A stretch of 63,987 nucleotides of DNA, the filler included, from Basidiobolus ranarum (lineage: Eukaryota): NCBI GenBank assembly GCA_040143965.1. It is 46 parts of 46 records of this genome, joined end to end, with 100 filler letters (N's around TTAATTAATTAA, not from the genome) between each part and the next. Parts side by side here need not be neighbours in the genome. Positions count along the whole stretch, not along the records: positions 23,748 to 25,041 come from JASJQH010012530.1; positions 25,142 to 26,435 come from JASJQH010012531.1; positions 26,536 to 27,829 come from JASJQH010012532.1; positions 27,930 to 29,222 come from JASJQH010012533.1; positions 29,323 to 30,615 come from JASJQH010012534.1; positions 30,716 to 32,008 come from JASJQH010012535.1; positions 32,109 to 33,401 come from JASJQH010012536.1; positions 33,502 to 34,794 come from JASJQH010012537.1; 38 more parts are not named here. One strand, given 5' to 3'. The notes under the pieces were generated by a model. That model searched no databases, was not told the origin of the DNA, and saw nothing but the letters and a program-made list of their open reading frames with translations. Below are positions 23,748-36,286 of the stretch, one piece after another (the first letter of the stretch is position 1; each line of letters begins with the position of its first letter). A program made the translations under genes and the position numbers.

Positions 23748-25041
23748 AAATGGAGTCTGTAGTCCAAACATGTCTCTTGAGGTTTCATCAATGGGTATTT
23801 GGTTGTATCCTGAGTATAGATCATAGGTTGAATATATGGAAGCTCCTGCAAAGCTCTCCGCAAATTCATCAATTGATGGGGATACTGCAGCATCTCTTAT
23901 TGTCACTGCATTGGCTGGCTGCATATCTTGTATGAATCTCCATTTGCCTTTCTTCTTCTTTGTGACAAACCAGCAATTGGTGTAGGGTGCATAGCATGGT
24001 TCTAGGATCCCAGCTTTAATCTTACTCTTAAGAAGTGCATGTACTTCTGGTTGCAGGCCTCTTGGTAGTGGGTAAGGTTTATAAAACCATGGTGTGTGTT
24101 CTACGGTGTGAATTTTTATTGGTATCTCAATTGAGGGCAGTAGTAGTCCCATATCCTGGTCATTGTATGCAAAGAATTGGTCATGTCAAACAATCATATC
24201 TCTGAATAGTTTAACTTCCTGAGGGCTGAGGTTGCCATTGCCAATCTTGACAGTAGCTAGTCTCTTTGGAGTTAGTCTGACAATAGTGATGTTGTCTAGT
24301 GGCTCCCTTTCTAGATTGGCTGGTCTAGTTCCATCACAAGTGGTTGAAAGGAAGGTTTTACTTTTGTAGCAACTGTCTTGTACTTGGTCCTAACAATGGC
24401 TTCTTGTACCTTAGGGACTAAAGCAGCTCCCCAAGCTAAGTTTGAGTTGGATGTATAATGTATTTGGTAATGAGTATCTTCTTTGGTGGTGCTTCTGCAC
24501 TCAGTTGGAGTTCTATGGTCAGTAGCTGGCACTCCACAAAAGTTGGCAAGTAGTCCTGGGTTGCTTCCATAAATGGTTTACCAAACAGATGCATCAGGGT
24601 AATCATGACCATTGCTCTTGCTTTTGTTTCCCAAGGTCTTCCAAGTAGTAGGTTCAAGTTTGCTTTTTGGCAGATGAAGACAGGTACAGTGTGCCCTACT
24701 CCTTGTATGTTGATGGGAAATGCAGCAATAACTCCTAAGAGTGAAGAGACTCCAGTGTTGGCATCATGCATATTCTAGTGTATGTCAGCATCCATTGGAG
24801 CAAGTGTTTGCATGGTAAAGACTTAAAAAAATATATTGGCATCACACAAATCTCTGACCCACTATCTATATGGCATTGTATAAGGTCTCCATGAGTAGTT
24901 CCAATAACTATGGCTGTGGCCACTGAGTAATATGTAAATGTAGGTGTTTCCTTGTTCATTTTGGGAAGTGGTTCATCATGAGTTGTCTGTATAATTCTTG
25001 CAGAAGGTTGATCTATAGGTTGTCTCCTAGTATGTATGTTG
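23748..25041 (-). pseudogene. Second Ty3/gypsy family: protease and RT
   Basis: HIDSGSEICVM, LLLGRPW, WRFIQDMQPANAVTIRDA and DLYSGYNQIPID. Confidence 0.9.
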
Positions 25042-25141
25042 NNNNNNNNNNNNNNNNNNNNNNNNNNNNNNNNNNNNNNNNNNNNTTAATTAATTAANNN
25101 NNNNNNNNNNNNNNNNNNNNNNNNNNNNNNNNNNNNNNNNN

Positions 25142-26101
25142 TCAACCAATTCCAATATGGACTCCAAGAAAATATTAAGGATCTTTTACTCACTATGGCT
25201 GACCCAGTGACCTTGACTGATGCTATCCACCAGGCAGTTAAATGTGACAACCAGTTGTTTGAAAGACAACAACAAAGAAATATGGCTCCTTTCTTCTCTC
25301 CTTCATCATCTACTTTCAGACCTCCCTTCCATCAAACACAAAATACAGCTCAAGCTGATGACCCAATGCAAATTGATGGAACTTGCTTCAGAAAGCTTAG
25401 CCCTGAGGAGAAATATCAATGCCAACAAGAGAATCTATGCCTCTATTGTGGAGCTCCTGGACATGTAGCAAGAACCTGTCCAAAAAAGAATCCAGGATTT
25501 AAGATCAACAATATGCAAGTAGAAGAGAACTCTTCCCAAACCTTGGAAAACTTGAACACCCAGCTGCAATAATGGGCAAGCAGTTGGGCAAACCATCTTC
25601 AAAAATGTATCTTCACCATACATTGCAATCTCTGCAGTCATACCATTCATTAAAAGTGCCCATTACAATCCTGCTACCAAATTCCAAGTCAATAAAAACA
25701 ACTGCACTTCTTGATACAGGTGCTTCCTCCTGTTTTATTGACTCTGGCTTTGTCAAATCCCACTCTATCTCAACAATCAAGAAATCTAGTCCAGTCCTTG
25801 TAGAAGTAATTGATGGAAGGCTGATATCATCAGGTGCTGTAACATATGAAACAACCCTTATGACACTCATGTCCACTGCTCATCAAGAAGAAATAGCCTT
25901 TGATATCATTTCTTCACGTCACCACCCAGTCATCCTTGGTATCTCATGGCTCATGCAGCACAACCCAGTAATTAATTGGAAGAAGAGGATTATCATGTTC
26001 AAGAAAACTCCACTTCCTAGTCTATATTTGCCAACCTGCAAAGTATCCAACTCATCATCAGCCCAACTCTTAAAAACATCTACAAAGCCAAAATCCATTG
26101 A
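25142..26101 (+). pseudogene. Gypsy gag C-terminus (CCHC) and pol protease in the -1 frame
   Basis: CLYCGAPGHVARTC; ALLDTGASSCFID; ILGISWLMQHNPVINW. Confidence 0.92.
25545..25590 (+). promoter_or_regulatory. Putative -1 ribosomal frameshift signal (G GAA AAC plus pseudoknot)
   Basis: Heptamer in the gag frame; pol in the -1 frame; downstream CCCA/TGGG and GCTGC/GCAGT pairings also present at 17716-17747. Confidence 0.65.
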
Positions 26102-26435
26102 CCCTAACAAAAATTAAATCGATTTGATCCGGATTGGATCCACCCTCTGAAATAGCAAAACCATCAGAGAACCATCAAAATATTGCTGGCTTGCATTCTG
26201 CCAGGGATTTTGATGGTGTAACGGCGGTTTCTTGATGGTATCTTAATGGTATTCATATATGTTAAAATATTGATCCTCAAATTTAGCATGCGTTATTCAA
26301 TAACCAGCAATTTTTGCAAAAATTTAATTTTTGAATGGCAAATTACTGGGTTTACTGCTGTAGGAATTTGAATTAATATGCATGCCTTTATTTAGATATT
26401 TTAGGCTTTGTATTCCAGCCATAATGAGAATCAAA
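26102..26435 (-). mobile_element. CMC terminus B inserted in gypsy pol
   Basis: CCCTAACAAAAATTAAATCGATTTGATCCGG. Confidence 0.9.
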
Positions 26436-26535
26436 NNNNNNNNNNNNNNNNNNNNNNNNNNNNNNNNNNNNNNNNNNNNTTAATTAATTAANNNNNNNNN
26501 NNNNNNNNNNNNNNNNNNNNNNNNNNNNNNNNNNN

Positions 26536-27289
26536 GTGGGAGTACTGAGCTGGGAAGAGCATTGCTGGAAGAGAGGTAGAAGTAGTGCTGACTTTGCCAA
26601 ACAATTGGTTTTGAGGAGCTCATAAGATGTTTCCCATATATAAAACCAGCACACAGATCTAATGTGTTAATATCATGTATTTTAAATTTGGACAGGCAGC
26701 TTTTGGATTTTTGAAGTCATTTTTTCCTCCCCAATGTGACCTAATCTTTGACATCACATTTGACAGCTTATTCCATTGGCTTTGGCTAAGCTTGCATATT
26801 CAGAATGCAATTTGAAGAATTCTAGCTTGTCTAAGTTTTAAGTTTTGATCCTGCTTGCTGCTTTGGTATAATTTGGATCTGTGATAGTGCATCCAGCCAT
26901 GTTGAACACACAATTCAGTCCTTGAGCTGTTGCTAGACTAAATAATAGCAGCTTCTTGGCTACATTTGGCACATGCAATACATCATCCAACTTTACACAG
27001 GGTATAACTAAATTTAGGTCTGAACTGAGCACTACTGTGGCCCTACCAACTGCATCAAGTGAATAGTCATTGCCTAAGTGGACTTTCCTGGTTTGGATTG
27101 GTTTTAAGCTGGAAAACCAATCTTTCTTGCTTGAAATATGATTGGAAGGTCCAAAATCAATGTACCATATTCTTGTGTCTACCTTAGTACTTACTGATAG
27201 AGCTGTCACAAAGAGATGATCTCTTGAAGTGCTTACTTAATTTGCTTGCTTTAATTTTAGCTTTTTGCCAAAAATCCTTTGCCTTTCAT
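26536..27289 (-). pseudogene. Copia protease and GAG-pre-integrase region (family D-like)
   Basis: WYIDFGPSNH and LDDVLHVPNVAK. Confidence 0.85.
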
Positions 27290-27829
27290 CCCTATCAAAA
27301 ATGAAATTGATTTGATCCAGATTGGATCCACCCTTCTAAATTTCAAAACCAACAAAGATCACCATATTGGTGGCTTGAATTCTGCGAGGCATTTTGATGG
27401 TGTGATGGTGGTTTCTTGATGGTATTTGATGGTATTTATACAAGTTAAAATATTGATCCTCATATTTGGCATGCATTCTTAGTTTCTGGCAATTTTTGCA
27501 GCATATAATTTTCATATGGCAAATTAATGGATTTACTGCTATAGGAACACAAATTAATATGCAAGCTCTATTTAGGTATTTTAGGCATTGTATTCCAGCC
27601 ATAATGAGAATCAAAAATACAAGAATCTTGTTGTGCTTAGTCTCTACATATGCACATGCTTGAATGATTAGACAAAACTCAACAACATCAATATGCTTTA
27701 CCAGCAATCTAACAATGCAAAAATTGCTAAACATCTGAAATTTTGAATAGCACTGACACTTGGCAAATAGCTGACTCTTGTTACCTTTCACAATGAGAAT
27801 AAGCTCTTGGATTTTGGCAAATTTCCGTA
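27290..27829 (-). mobile_element. CMC terminus B plus transposase C-terminus
   Basis: CCCTATCAAAAATGAAATTGATTTGATCC. Confidence 0.88.
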
Positions 27830-27929
27830 NNNNNNNNNNNNNNNNNNNNNNNNNNNNNNNNNNNNNNNNNNNNTTAATTAATTAANNNNNNNNNNNNNNN
27901 NNNNNNNNNNNNNNNNNNNNNNNNNNNNN

Positions 27930-29222
27930 GGCAAGGCTTCTATGAGAACACATAGAATTGTGCATTTGCATTGGCTCTGGATGGTTTCTTGCTAAGCAAA
28001 TGTTCCATTGCAAAGGCTTGCTGGCCAATAAATTTAATCAACTTAAATCTTCCTCCTCCTGAATGGTATAAGAGTAATAATATTTTGATACTATCCATCA
28101 TATCTGGACCTAAATCACCAGTGCTTATAGATAGCTTCTTGGAGCCTATGATTGTGGAATTCAAACAGTTATCTAATAGGGTTCAGATGGGTGAATGTTC
28201 TACGAAAGCTAATATGATTGCATGTATTGGTGACACTCCTGCCATCAATAAACTTGGAGGTTTTTGTGGGCTCAATGCACTATCTTGCTGTAGATTTTAT
28301 CAAATTAATGAAGTTAACTCTTTCAAGCGTATGCATAACTACTATCCAAATATGACACTAAACCCCATGATTTTACCATCCAGAGCCTGGTCAAATTTCA
28401 GCTTGCTCACTGATATCAATTCACCAAATAGTCAATCCAACATTAAACTTGATATTAGCTGTTAGCCTAAAGTTATATTGCTAAAGTAGATATGCTGGAG
28501 ACAGAGCTTCCCATTAGGTACCATGCACTTACTATTCAACAACATTGCAATACTACTTACTCAGCAATACCATGGAAAATTCAATATGAATGAGCCATTT
28601 GAGAAAGGATCAAAGTTTGAATCAATTGGGAAAATGCTTGAAAACATCAATATACCATCATATTTTACCAGGACTCCCATCAATATCCCTTCATCTGGGC
28701 ATTTTTTTAAATGCAAAGACTGGAAATACTGGATTTGTATATAATCAAGTGGAATCTTGCAAAGATTTCTGCCTGATAGGTATTTGCAACATTGGGAGTT
28801 TTTTATCAATATTGTTAATACATTCTTATGGCATCAACTAACATTGGCAGATCTCAGGCAGATACAGCAATGATGTAAAGATTTTGTAATTGGATATGCA
28901 AAACTTTATTACCGGTTTGAAGAAGATAGACTTAATCTATGCTGGTATTCAATACATTCACTGCTGCATCTTCCTCAATGCTTAGAGATTTTAGGCCCCT
29001 GCTATACATTCTGGGAGTTCCCAATGGAGCACATCTGCAGTGAAATGATGCTTGATGTGAAATTGTTAGTATTACCATATGCTAATCTCATTAACAATGT
29101 ATTAGAAAAATCAGTGATGGACATAATGTGCTGAATTGAGGAGACTCTGGAGTATATTAACCTTCCAATAAAGGGCTTTTTTCAATGTGCTCATGGGTTT
29201 TTGCATTGATTGAGCACAATAA
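27930..29222 (+). pseudogene. CMC transposase core with all three putative catalytic motifs
   Basis: ALDGF (D1), GDTPA (D2), FPLGTMH, IHSLLH and WEFPMEH (E). Confidence 0.92.
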
Positions 29223-29322
29223 NNNNNNNNNNNNNNNNNNNNNNNNNNNNNNNNNNNNNNNNNNNNTTAATTAATTAANNNNNNNNNNNNNNNNNNNNNN
29301 NNNNNNNNNNNNNNNNNNNNNN

Positions 29323-29689
29323 TGTAGAGACTAAACACAACAAGATTTTAGTATTCATTGATTCTCATTATGGCTGGAATACAAAGCCTAAAATATCTAA
29401 ATAAAGGCATGCATATTAATTCAAATTCCTACAGCAGTAAACCCAGTAATTTGCCATTTGAAATTATATTTTTGCAAAAATTGCTGGTTATTGAATAACA
29501 CATGCCAAATTTGAGGATCATTATTTTAGCATGTATGAATACCATCAAGATACCATCAAGAAACTGCCATCACACCATCAAAATCCCTGGCAGAATGCAA
29601 GCCAAAAATATTGTGATGTTTCTCTGATGGTTTTGTCATTTCAGAGGGTGGATCCAATCTGGATCAAATTGATATTATTTTTGTTAGGG
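29323..29689 (+). mobile_element. CMC 3' region plus terminus B
   Basis: Ends TTTTTGTTAGGG at 29689. Confidence 0.9.
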
Positions 29690-30586
29690 CATGGAGTGCA
29701 GCAATCTTAATGTTGATAGCATATTGAACCATTGGGATTGACTTGTCCCAATTCTTCTTGACTCCTTTAATGGATTTGTGGATTATGTTCACAGAGGTTT
29801 GAACATGTCTTTCAGCAAGTCCATTGGCTTTACGATGATAAGGAGTGATGAGTTTGTGATTATTGGCAGAGTTACAGCAGAGTTCTCTGATAACTTGATT
29901 CACAAACTCAGTTCCATTATCAGATTGAATGATTTTGGGAAATCAAAGAGGCTGAATAGCTTGAGTAAAGCTTGGGCAAAGGTAGTATCAAATTTGTTTG
30001 GTAGGGCTTTGAGAAAAACAAAACATGTGCAAACATCTACTATCACAAAAAGACAGTGATTTCCATCATCATTGATCATGAATGGTCCAGCTTGATCACC
30101 AGCAATGTATATCCATGGGGAGTTCAGCATGTATTGCGGTCAAAGGGTGAGATCTATAATGTGTGTTACTGTAAAGTTGACATTATCTTAAAGGCTTTGC
30201 ATAATCAAGGCAGGTAGACTTGATGTTGGACTAGTGCTATCAATTGGAGTGCAACTTCTTCATAAGTGTATTAGCTTCAAAGTGTCCTTGTAGGTGGCAT
30301 TGCTGAATGAGATTGTTCCTTTCTTTTGAGGTGGGCAAATTCTGGAATCTGGGTCCTGCTGATGGATTGAGTTGGTAGTAGTAGTAAGTTTGCTGACTAC
30401 ATCACTAATCACATGTCCCTCCCAGGACAAAGTTGGAAAAAGTCTGGAAAGATGCTCAGGTGGACATTGAGAATTCCATGGTGGTGATTTATAGTAAAAT
30501 CATAATCGAGTAGAGTATCCAGCCAGTTGGTCAGCATTGGTGTTAGTGTCTTCTGAGTGTGAATGTAGACAAGTGCTTGGTGGTCA
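29690..30586 (-). pseudogene. Third gypsy family RNase H/integrase fragment
   Basis: DHQALVYI..WLDTLLDYDFTI; DQAGPF; VIVDVCT; TPYHRKANGLAER. Confidence 0.85.
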
Positions 30587-30715
30587 CCCAAACAAAAATA
30601 AAGTTGATTTGATCCNNNNNNNNNNNNNNNNNNNNNNNNNNNNNNNNNNNNNNNNNNNNTTAATTAATTAANNNNNNNNNNNNNNNNNNNNNNNNNNNNN
30701 NNNNNNNNNNNNNNN

Positions 30716-31451
30716 TGGTGAAGACATATTCATTCCGGGCATTGTTCCGCTCAAAGGAGTGGTTACTCCGGGGATATTAGGTCCTGGAGAGTAATACCCG
30801 GAATAAGAAGAATTGGGAGTACCTACATTTGGAAGCCCCATATTGGAAGCGCCCCCAGATTGTATAGCAGAAGTGATCTCCTGGCGCAGGTTTCCAGGGA
30901 GCTGGTTAGGAACAATTTGACCAGTTAATTTCATGTTAATCAAGTACATGGCCAAAGCAAATTCCGGAAAAGTTAAAGACCCAGATGCGTTAACATCTGC
31001 CAAATACCTAATAATATTAAAGATATGACAAATAAGTTATAAAACTCTCTAATAATAAGGAGATTTTTTTATATTACCAAATCTGAGCAAGAACCTCGGA
31101 ATCTAGTTTGGAACGTAAGAATATGTCTCTTGCTGCCTCACCTAAATTTTATCCTTTGTGGTTAACACGTAAGTTTTAAAATAGAAACTTTCTTGAAATT
31201 GTCAACCTGTTAATTGTTGGTTGGGACTAGAAACATTTTGTTGAAATAATTGTTCAAACTTTGCTTGTTCACTAGGGTTTAAGAAAGACAGTTTTTCTAT
31301 AGCAAGGAGAAAAATAAGTAAAAATTAAATAGAGATAAAGATGAGATGAATATTTACGTGGGGAGAAACCACTAGGTCCAGGAGTGATTTGAAGTGGATT
31401 GAGACCACTCATAAGATGACCACTTCCGTAATTGCCCCCGTTATTGTACAT
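30716..31451 (-). CDS. PAN1: Pan1-like EH-domain endocytic scaffold, 5' part (exons 31451-31358, 31296-31207, 31141-31078, 31007-edge)
   Basis: Spliced translation [67 protein letters not shown]; three GT-AG introns of 61, 65 and 70 nt keep the frame. Confidence 0.88.
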
Positions 31452-32141
31452 TTGATCTCTCTATTTTGAAATAGTAAAAGATTCGGCTAAGCGGAAAACT
31501 GTAAAGGTATAAAAATATCTTGGTGTAGTACACGCTTTTTAAAAACGCAAGTGTCGAAATAACTCGAGAGTTGATGAGAACCAAATAGTTTGTAGTCTAC
31601 AGACCAAATTCATGACTTGGTTGAATGACTTGTATCTTGCCTCGAAAACCACATCAAATATCCATAGATCTGATTGACATCATTGGTAAGGTATATGCTG
31701 ACAGAATATTCCAGAATGATACATACCCAAATATATAGTCTAAGGTTAACCCACCCCATTTGCACTTGCAATAAGAAATTTCGGTCTCCTGCACCTAACG
31801 TAGCACGATCTATTCTTTGCAAAAGCTTCAAAAGACTCGGAGACTTCCATATTTTAAGTGAGCCGGGGATTATGGCTCAACGGATAATAATGAATGTATC
31901 GTTACACAAAACTGTGACATTCCTGAATATTTGCATTTAGTAGTGAAAAATTTCATGCTATTTAGTCTCGGTATGTTCTTCCCTTTATACGTTATCACCA
32001 CTTTCTGTNNNNNNNNNNNNNNNNNNNNNNNNNNNNNNNNNNNNNNNNNNNNTTAATTAATTAANNNNNNNNNNNNNNNNNNNNNNNNNNNNNNNNNNNN
32101 NNNNNNNNGTTCACTAGTAGTAGTAATAGTAGTAGTAGTAG

Positions 32142-32747
32142 CAAATTTCTGTTAGGGGTATCTAATACCGGCATAGATTTAGTCTATCTTCTTTAAACCG
32201 GTAATAAAGCTTTTCATATCCAATTACAAAATCTTTGCACAGTTGCTATATCTGCCTGAGATCTGCCAATGTGAGTTGATGCCGTAAGAATATATTGACA
32301 ATATTGACAAACAACTCCCAATGTTGCCAATACTTATCACGCAGAAATCTTTTCAAAATTCCACTTGAACATATACAAATCCAATACTTCCAGTCTTTGC
32401 ATTTGAATAAACATCTAGATGAGTGGATTTAATGAGAGTCCTGGTATTCATGAAAATATATCAAAGAGGCTGGGGATTTTGAAGGTGACAAATTAGTGTT
32501 CAAGTGGCAATTGTGTAAAATTTGAGTTACATTTTTTGCACATGTGTTGATCCATAGTTCTCTGAGATGTTAGACATTCAAGTGCAACTATTTTGCAAGA
32601 TCTTGAAATTTCACTCCTGAAACTGAAAAAATTGATGAGAATCAAATCTAACTTGATGATTTTATGACAGTAAGTAAACAGTCAATCCCAAATGGACTAA
32701 AATTGTGATAGTTTTTTACGGTAACAATCCTCAAATTTCTGTTAGGG
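32142..32747. mobile_element. CMC mosaic: 16-bp terminus A remnant, transposase fragment, ORF2 end plus terminus A (32747)
   Basis: CAAATTTCTGTTAGGG at 32142-32157 and 32732-32747. Confidence 0.85.
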
Positions 32748-33401
32748 GGCTCTGAAACTTGTGTTGCAGGCTATTCAGGACTGTAACTATGATATCTTGA
32801 TCTGTAGAAGATACTCCAATGCATTCCATTTCATCCACTAAAATAATAACTCTATTAATTATTGATATAATGTCTTCTCCTGGCTTCATCTTTAAGTTAA
32901 AGAATTGTCTTCTTAGAAACCTCTTGTTGGCAGCAGAACTTGTTTGGTAGGTGTCTTCCAAGGCTTTCCATACCTTCCAGGCAGTTTTAGCTCTTGAACA
33001 TTGAATTAGGAATTTCTCTTTAACATTAAGACAAATTGTGTTAAAGGCACTTTGTTCTTTTTTAACCTGGAGTAAAACTTTGGTTTGAGATAGTTATGCA
33101 TTGTTTGCTTCTCCTACAACAGTGTCCCAAAGTCCTTTTTCTTGCAGCAGCATTTTCATTTCAATAATCCAAACTTGATAATTGGTTCCATCCCATATTT
33201 AAGAAGTGGGAAAAGTTCCATAAATTTGAGAAGTAGACATTACAGAGAGTTCAAGCTTGGGGCTCATAACCTATTAAAGTATTTGGGAGCCTGTTGGAAG
33301 AGGTTTGGAGAATTAGAGGTATTGGTGGTTTTCACTTATTGATTTATTGAGTAGGAAGTTGACATTTATAGTTTTGTCAAGATGTAAGCAAGCTAACATG
33401 T
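32748..33401 (-). mobile_element. Copia family B: LTR (33272-33401), PBS (33259-33271) and gag
   Basis: LTR end followed by GGTTATGAGCCCC; gag reads ANKRFLRRQFFNLKM. Confidence 0.88.
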
Positions 33402-33501
33402 NNNNNNNNNNNNNNNNNNNNNNNNNNNNNNNNNNNNNNNNNNNNTTAATTAATTAANNNNNNNNNNNNNNNNNNNNNNNNNNNNNNNNNNNNNNNNNNN
33501 N

Positions 33502-34794
33502 TTTCCATGGAACTGGGTACACCAGTTGGAAGAGTGCTAAATTTGGAAGTTTATCCAACACCTGGCACCTTTCAACAAGCCAAAACATCAGCAAATAAAA
33601 CTTACAGCGCTCCAACCTCAACTGTTACTTTCCAAAGTGTTGAAGTTAGCCACAAAGGTAAAGGCAAGCAAAAGCAGCACAAACACCAAAAGTACCCTCA
33701 GTAGTGTCACACTACAAGGACATACAAAAATAGTCAAAGTGCTTGAGGAGTATTTTCAAAAGTATGAAGGGAAAAATGCAGTACAAGTATGCAGAAAGCG
33801 GCTTCCAAAGAAGAACATTCAACTTGACTTTCAGTCTGGTGTTGACCATGCAGATATCTGGGAAGAACTTAATACCAAGTGGCACTATATTACAGGGTAT
33901 CCGCCAGATAGCTGGAAAAATGTTGATTCAGCAACATTTATACAATGGTGGGCTTTGATGGAGATATTGATACATACTTGTGTTGGGTATGAGGTAAACC
34001 TTGGGTATGAAGAACTCTATAAAAATCCAGGAGAATATATCCAAGAAACAAGGGATTTTGAAGGTGACAAATTAACATTCATGTGGTAATTGTGTAAAAT
34101 TTGAGTTACATTTTTTGCACATGAGTTGATCCATGGTTCTCAGATATTCTAGCCAATCATTTCCAACTATTTTGTGAGATCTTGAAGTTTCACTCCTGAA
34201 ACTGAAAAAATTGATTCAAATCAAATCTAACTTGACAATTTTATGATGGTAAATAAATGGTCAATCCCAAATGGATTAAAATTGTTACAGTTTTCCTACA
34301 ATAAAAATCCTTAAATTTCTGTCAAGGTACTACTTACTCAGCTATATAGTGGAAAATGCAATATGAATGAGCCATTTGAGATAGGACCAAAGTTTGAATT
34401 GATTGGGAAAATGCTTGAAAGCATCAAGATACCATCATAGTTTACCAGGACTCCCATCCAAAAGTCAAGAGTTAATCTGAAGGTTCTTGACTGGTTTCAT
34501 GTGGCTTATCCTGGGCTTTTGCAAGCAAATCACAATTGGGCTAGTATACACATATTCAAGAAACATCTCAAAATGTACATATTTATTGACTTGGAAAAGA
34601 AAGAAAAGCAGCTAAAGATGTATGCTAGGAGCAGGAAGTTAGTAAACCCAAGGGAAAAGCAAAGGAGCCAGTGAGTTTTGGCTCTACTGTCCCACTTACC
34701 AAATACTTCATGCCATTACCAAGATCTGCATTTCTAGAGTCAGATACACTGGCAAAAAGGCTTAATTTCACATGGAACCAGGTACACCAGTTGG
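33502..34794 (+). mobile_element. CMC ORF2 C-terminal half plus degenerate terminus A (~34327), then transposase and ORF2 scraps
   Basis: KIVKVLEEYFQKYEGKNAVQVCRK..DIWEELN; AAATTTCTGTCAAGG. Confidence 0.85.
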
Positions 34795-34894
34795 NNNNNN
34801 NNNNNNNNNNNNNNNNNNNNNNNNNNNNNNNNNNNNNNTTAATTAATTAANNNNNNNNNNNNNNNNNNNNNNNNNNNNNNNNNNNNNNNNNNNN

Positions 34895-36186
34895 CAGAAC
34901 AAAGGCTATCATCTCCTAATTGCTGGCACAAATCAAATCATCAACTCCAGAGATACTGTATTCATTGAAGAAAATCTCAAATCTTCTAATCAAGGGAATT
35001 TGATTATGGCTGAAAATCAATTTCTCAAAAACTCAAATTCTGACTTAATGAATTCTGAAACCAATCTTGAGCTAACAAGTACTGAGACCAACTTGGAAAA
35101 TGATGCATTGGAAATAGATACTGGAATTAGGTCAAATTTGGAATCTGAAACTATCTATCTAGATTATCCGAATTTAGAAAATGTCACATCTGGGACAAGG
35201 TCTAAAACATCAGCTACCAATGGATATAGGACAAAGCTCAAATCATTACCAGTCCCTGTGGTGAATATTCCTAGCAGAAAACTAACAAGCAATAATCCTT
35301 TCTCAAACTTCACTACAAGTACTGAAATCAAGGGGAACAAAATATTATATGATATTCTGGAATCAAGCAGCTATATGAGTAGTGAAACATTAGGCAGCAC
35401 TAGAAATGCACCAATTTATACCAGAAAACCTGATAATTACACTGAGGATACTGATAATTTGGAACCAGCTTCTCAAAATCAGCATATTATCTCTGCCAAT
35501 GAAAAATATGGTAATCAGAAAAAGGATATTTTTCCAGCCAATCAAGATTCAGGAAATTGGGCTCAGAAGCAAGGCAATAACTTTTGGACTAATTACATAC
35601 CTAAGAAATATCCTACTCTCAATTTGGCTGATATTAGATACAATCAATTATTGGAAGTATGCAATTAATCACTACAAGTATTCAGTCAATTATAAAATTC
35701 TGTCAATCAGGTCTCAAATATCCTACCAAGTGGAAATCAGAAACATACTGTAAATGAAACATCTGATGATTCTACCAAGGACTTTAGATGTCTCAAATCA
35801 GAGCATGAAATTGACAGTTTCAATTCAGAAAAAGGGTGGAACATATCTGCACATAGAGTATTTTCTGAATCACAAAATTTGTGACAAGCTCTGAAATCTG
35901 ATGAACTGACAGAATGGAGAAAAGCCACTGATGATTAAATTCACTCCCTAATCAAGAATAACACATGGACCCTTGTGGACTTATCTACAGGAAGAAAAAC
36001 TATTGGTAATAGATGGGTGCTGAAACTGAAACTTAACTCAGATGGATCTATCAACTGGTACATAGCAAGAATAGCAGTAAAAGGCTATGCTCAGAAACAT
36101 GGCATTGACTATGATGAAACATTTTCTCCCGTTGCTAAGTTTACCTCAATCAGAGTAATCCTAGCCATTGCTACCCACCAAGGAAT
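34895..36186 (+). pseudogene. Copia IN-RT linker (long, Asn/Ser/Thr-rich) and RT start
   Basis: NNTWTLVDLSTGRKTIGNRWVLKLK..KGYAQKHGIDYDETFSPV; same family as 38107-38970. Confidence 0.9.
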
Positions 36187-36286
36187 NNNNNNNNNNNNNN
36201 NNNNNNNNNNNNNNNNNNNNNNNNNNNNNNTTAATTAATTAANNNNNNNNNNNNNNNNNNNNNNNNNNNNNNNNNNNNNNNNNNNN

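Noticed and set aside
32115-32141. (AGT)n tract; also short repeats at 14108-14132, 14333-14362, 14514-14556 and 57563-57583
   Set aside because: Ordinary microsatellites or slippage duplications with no further structure.
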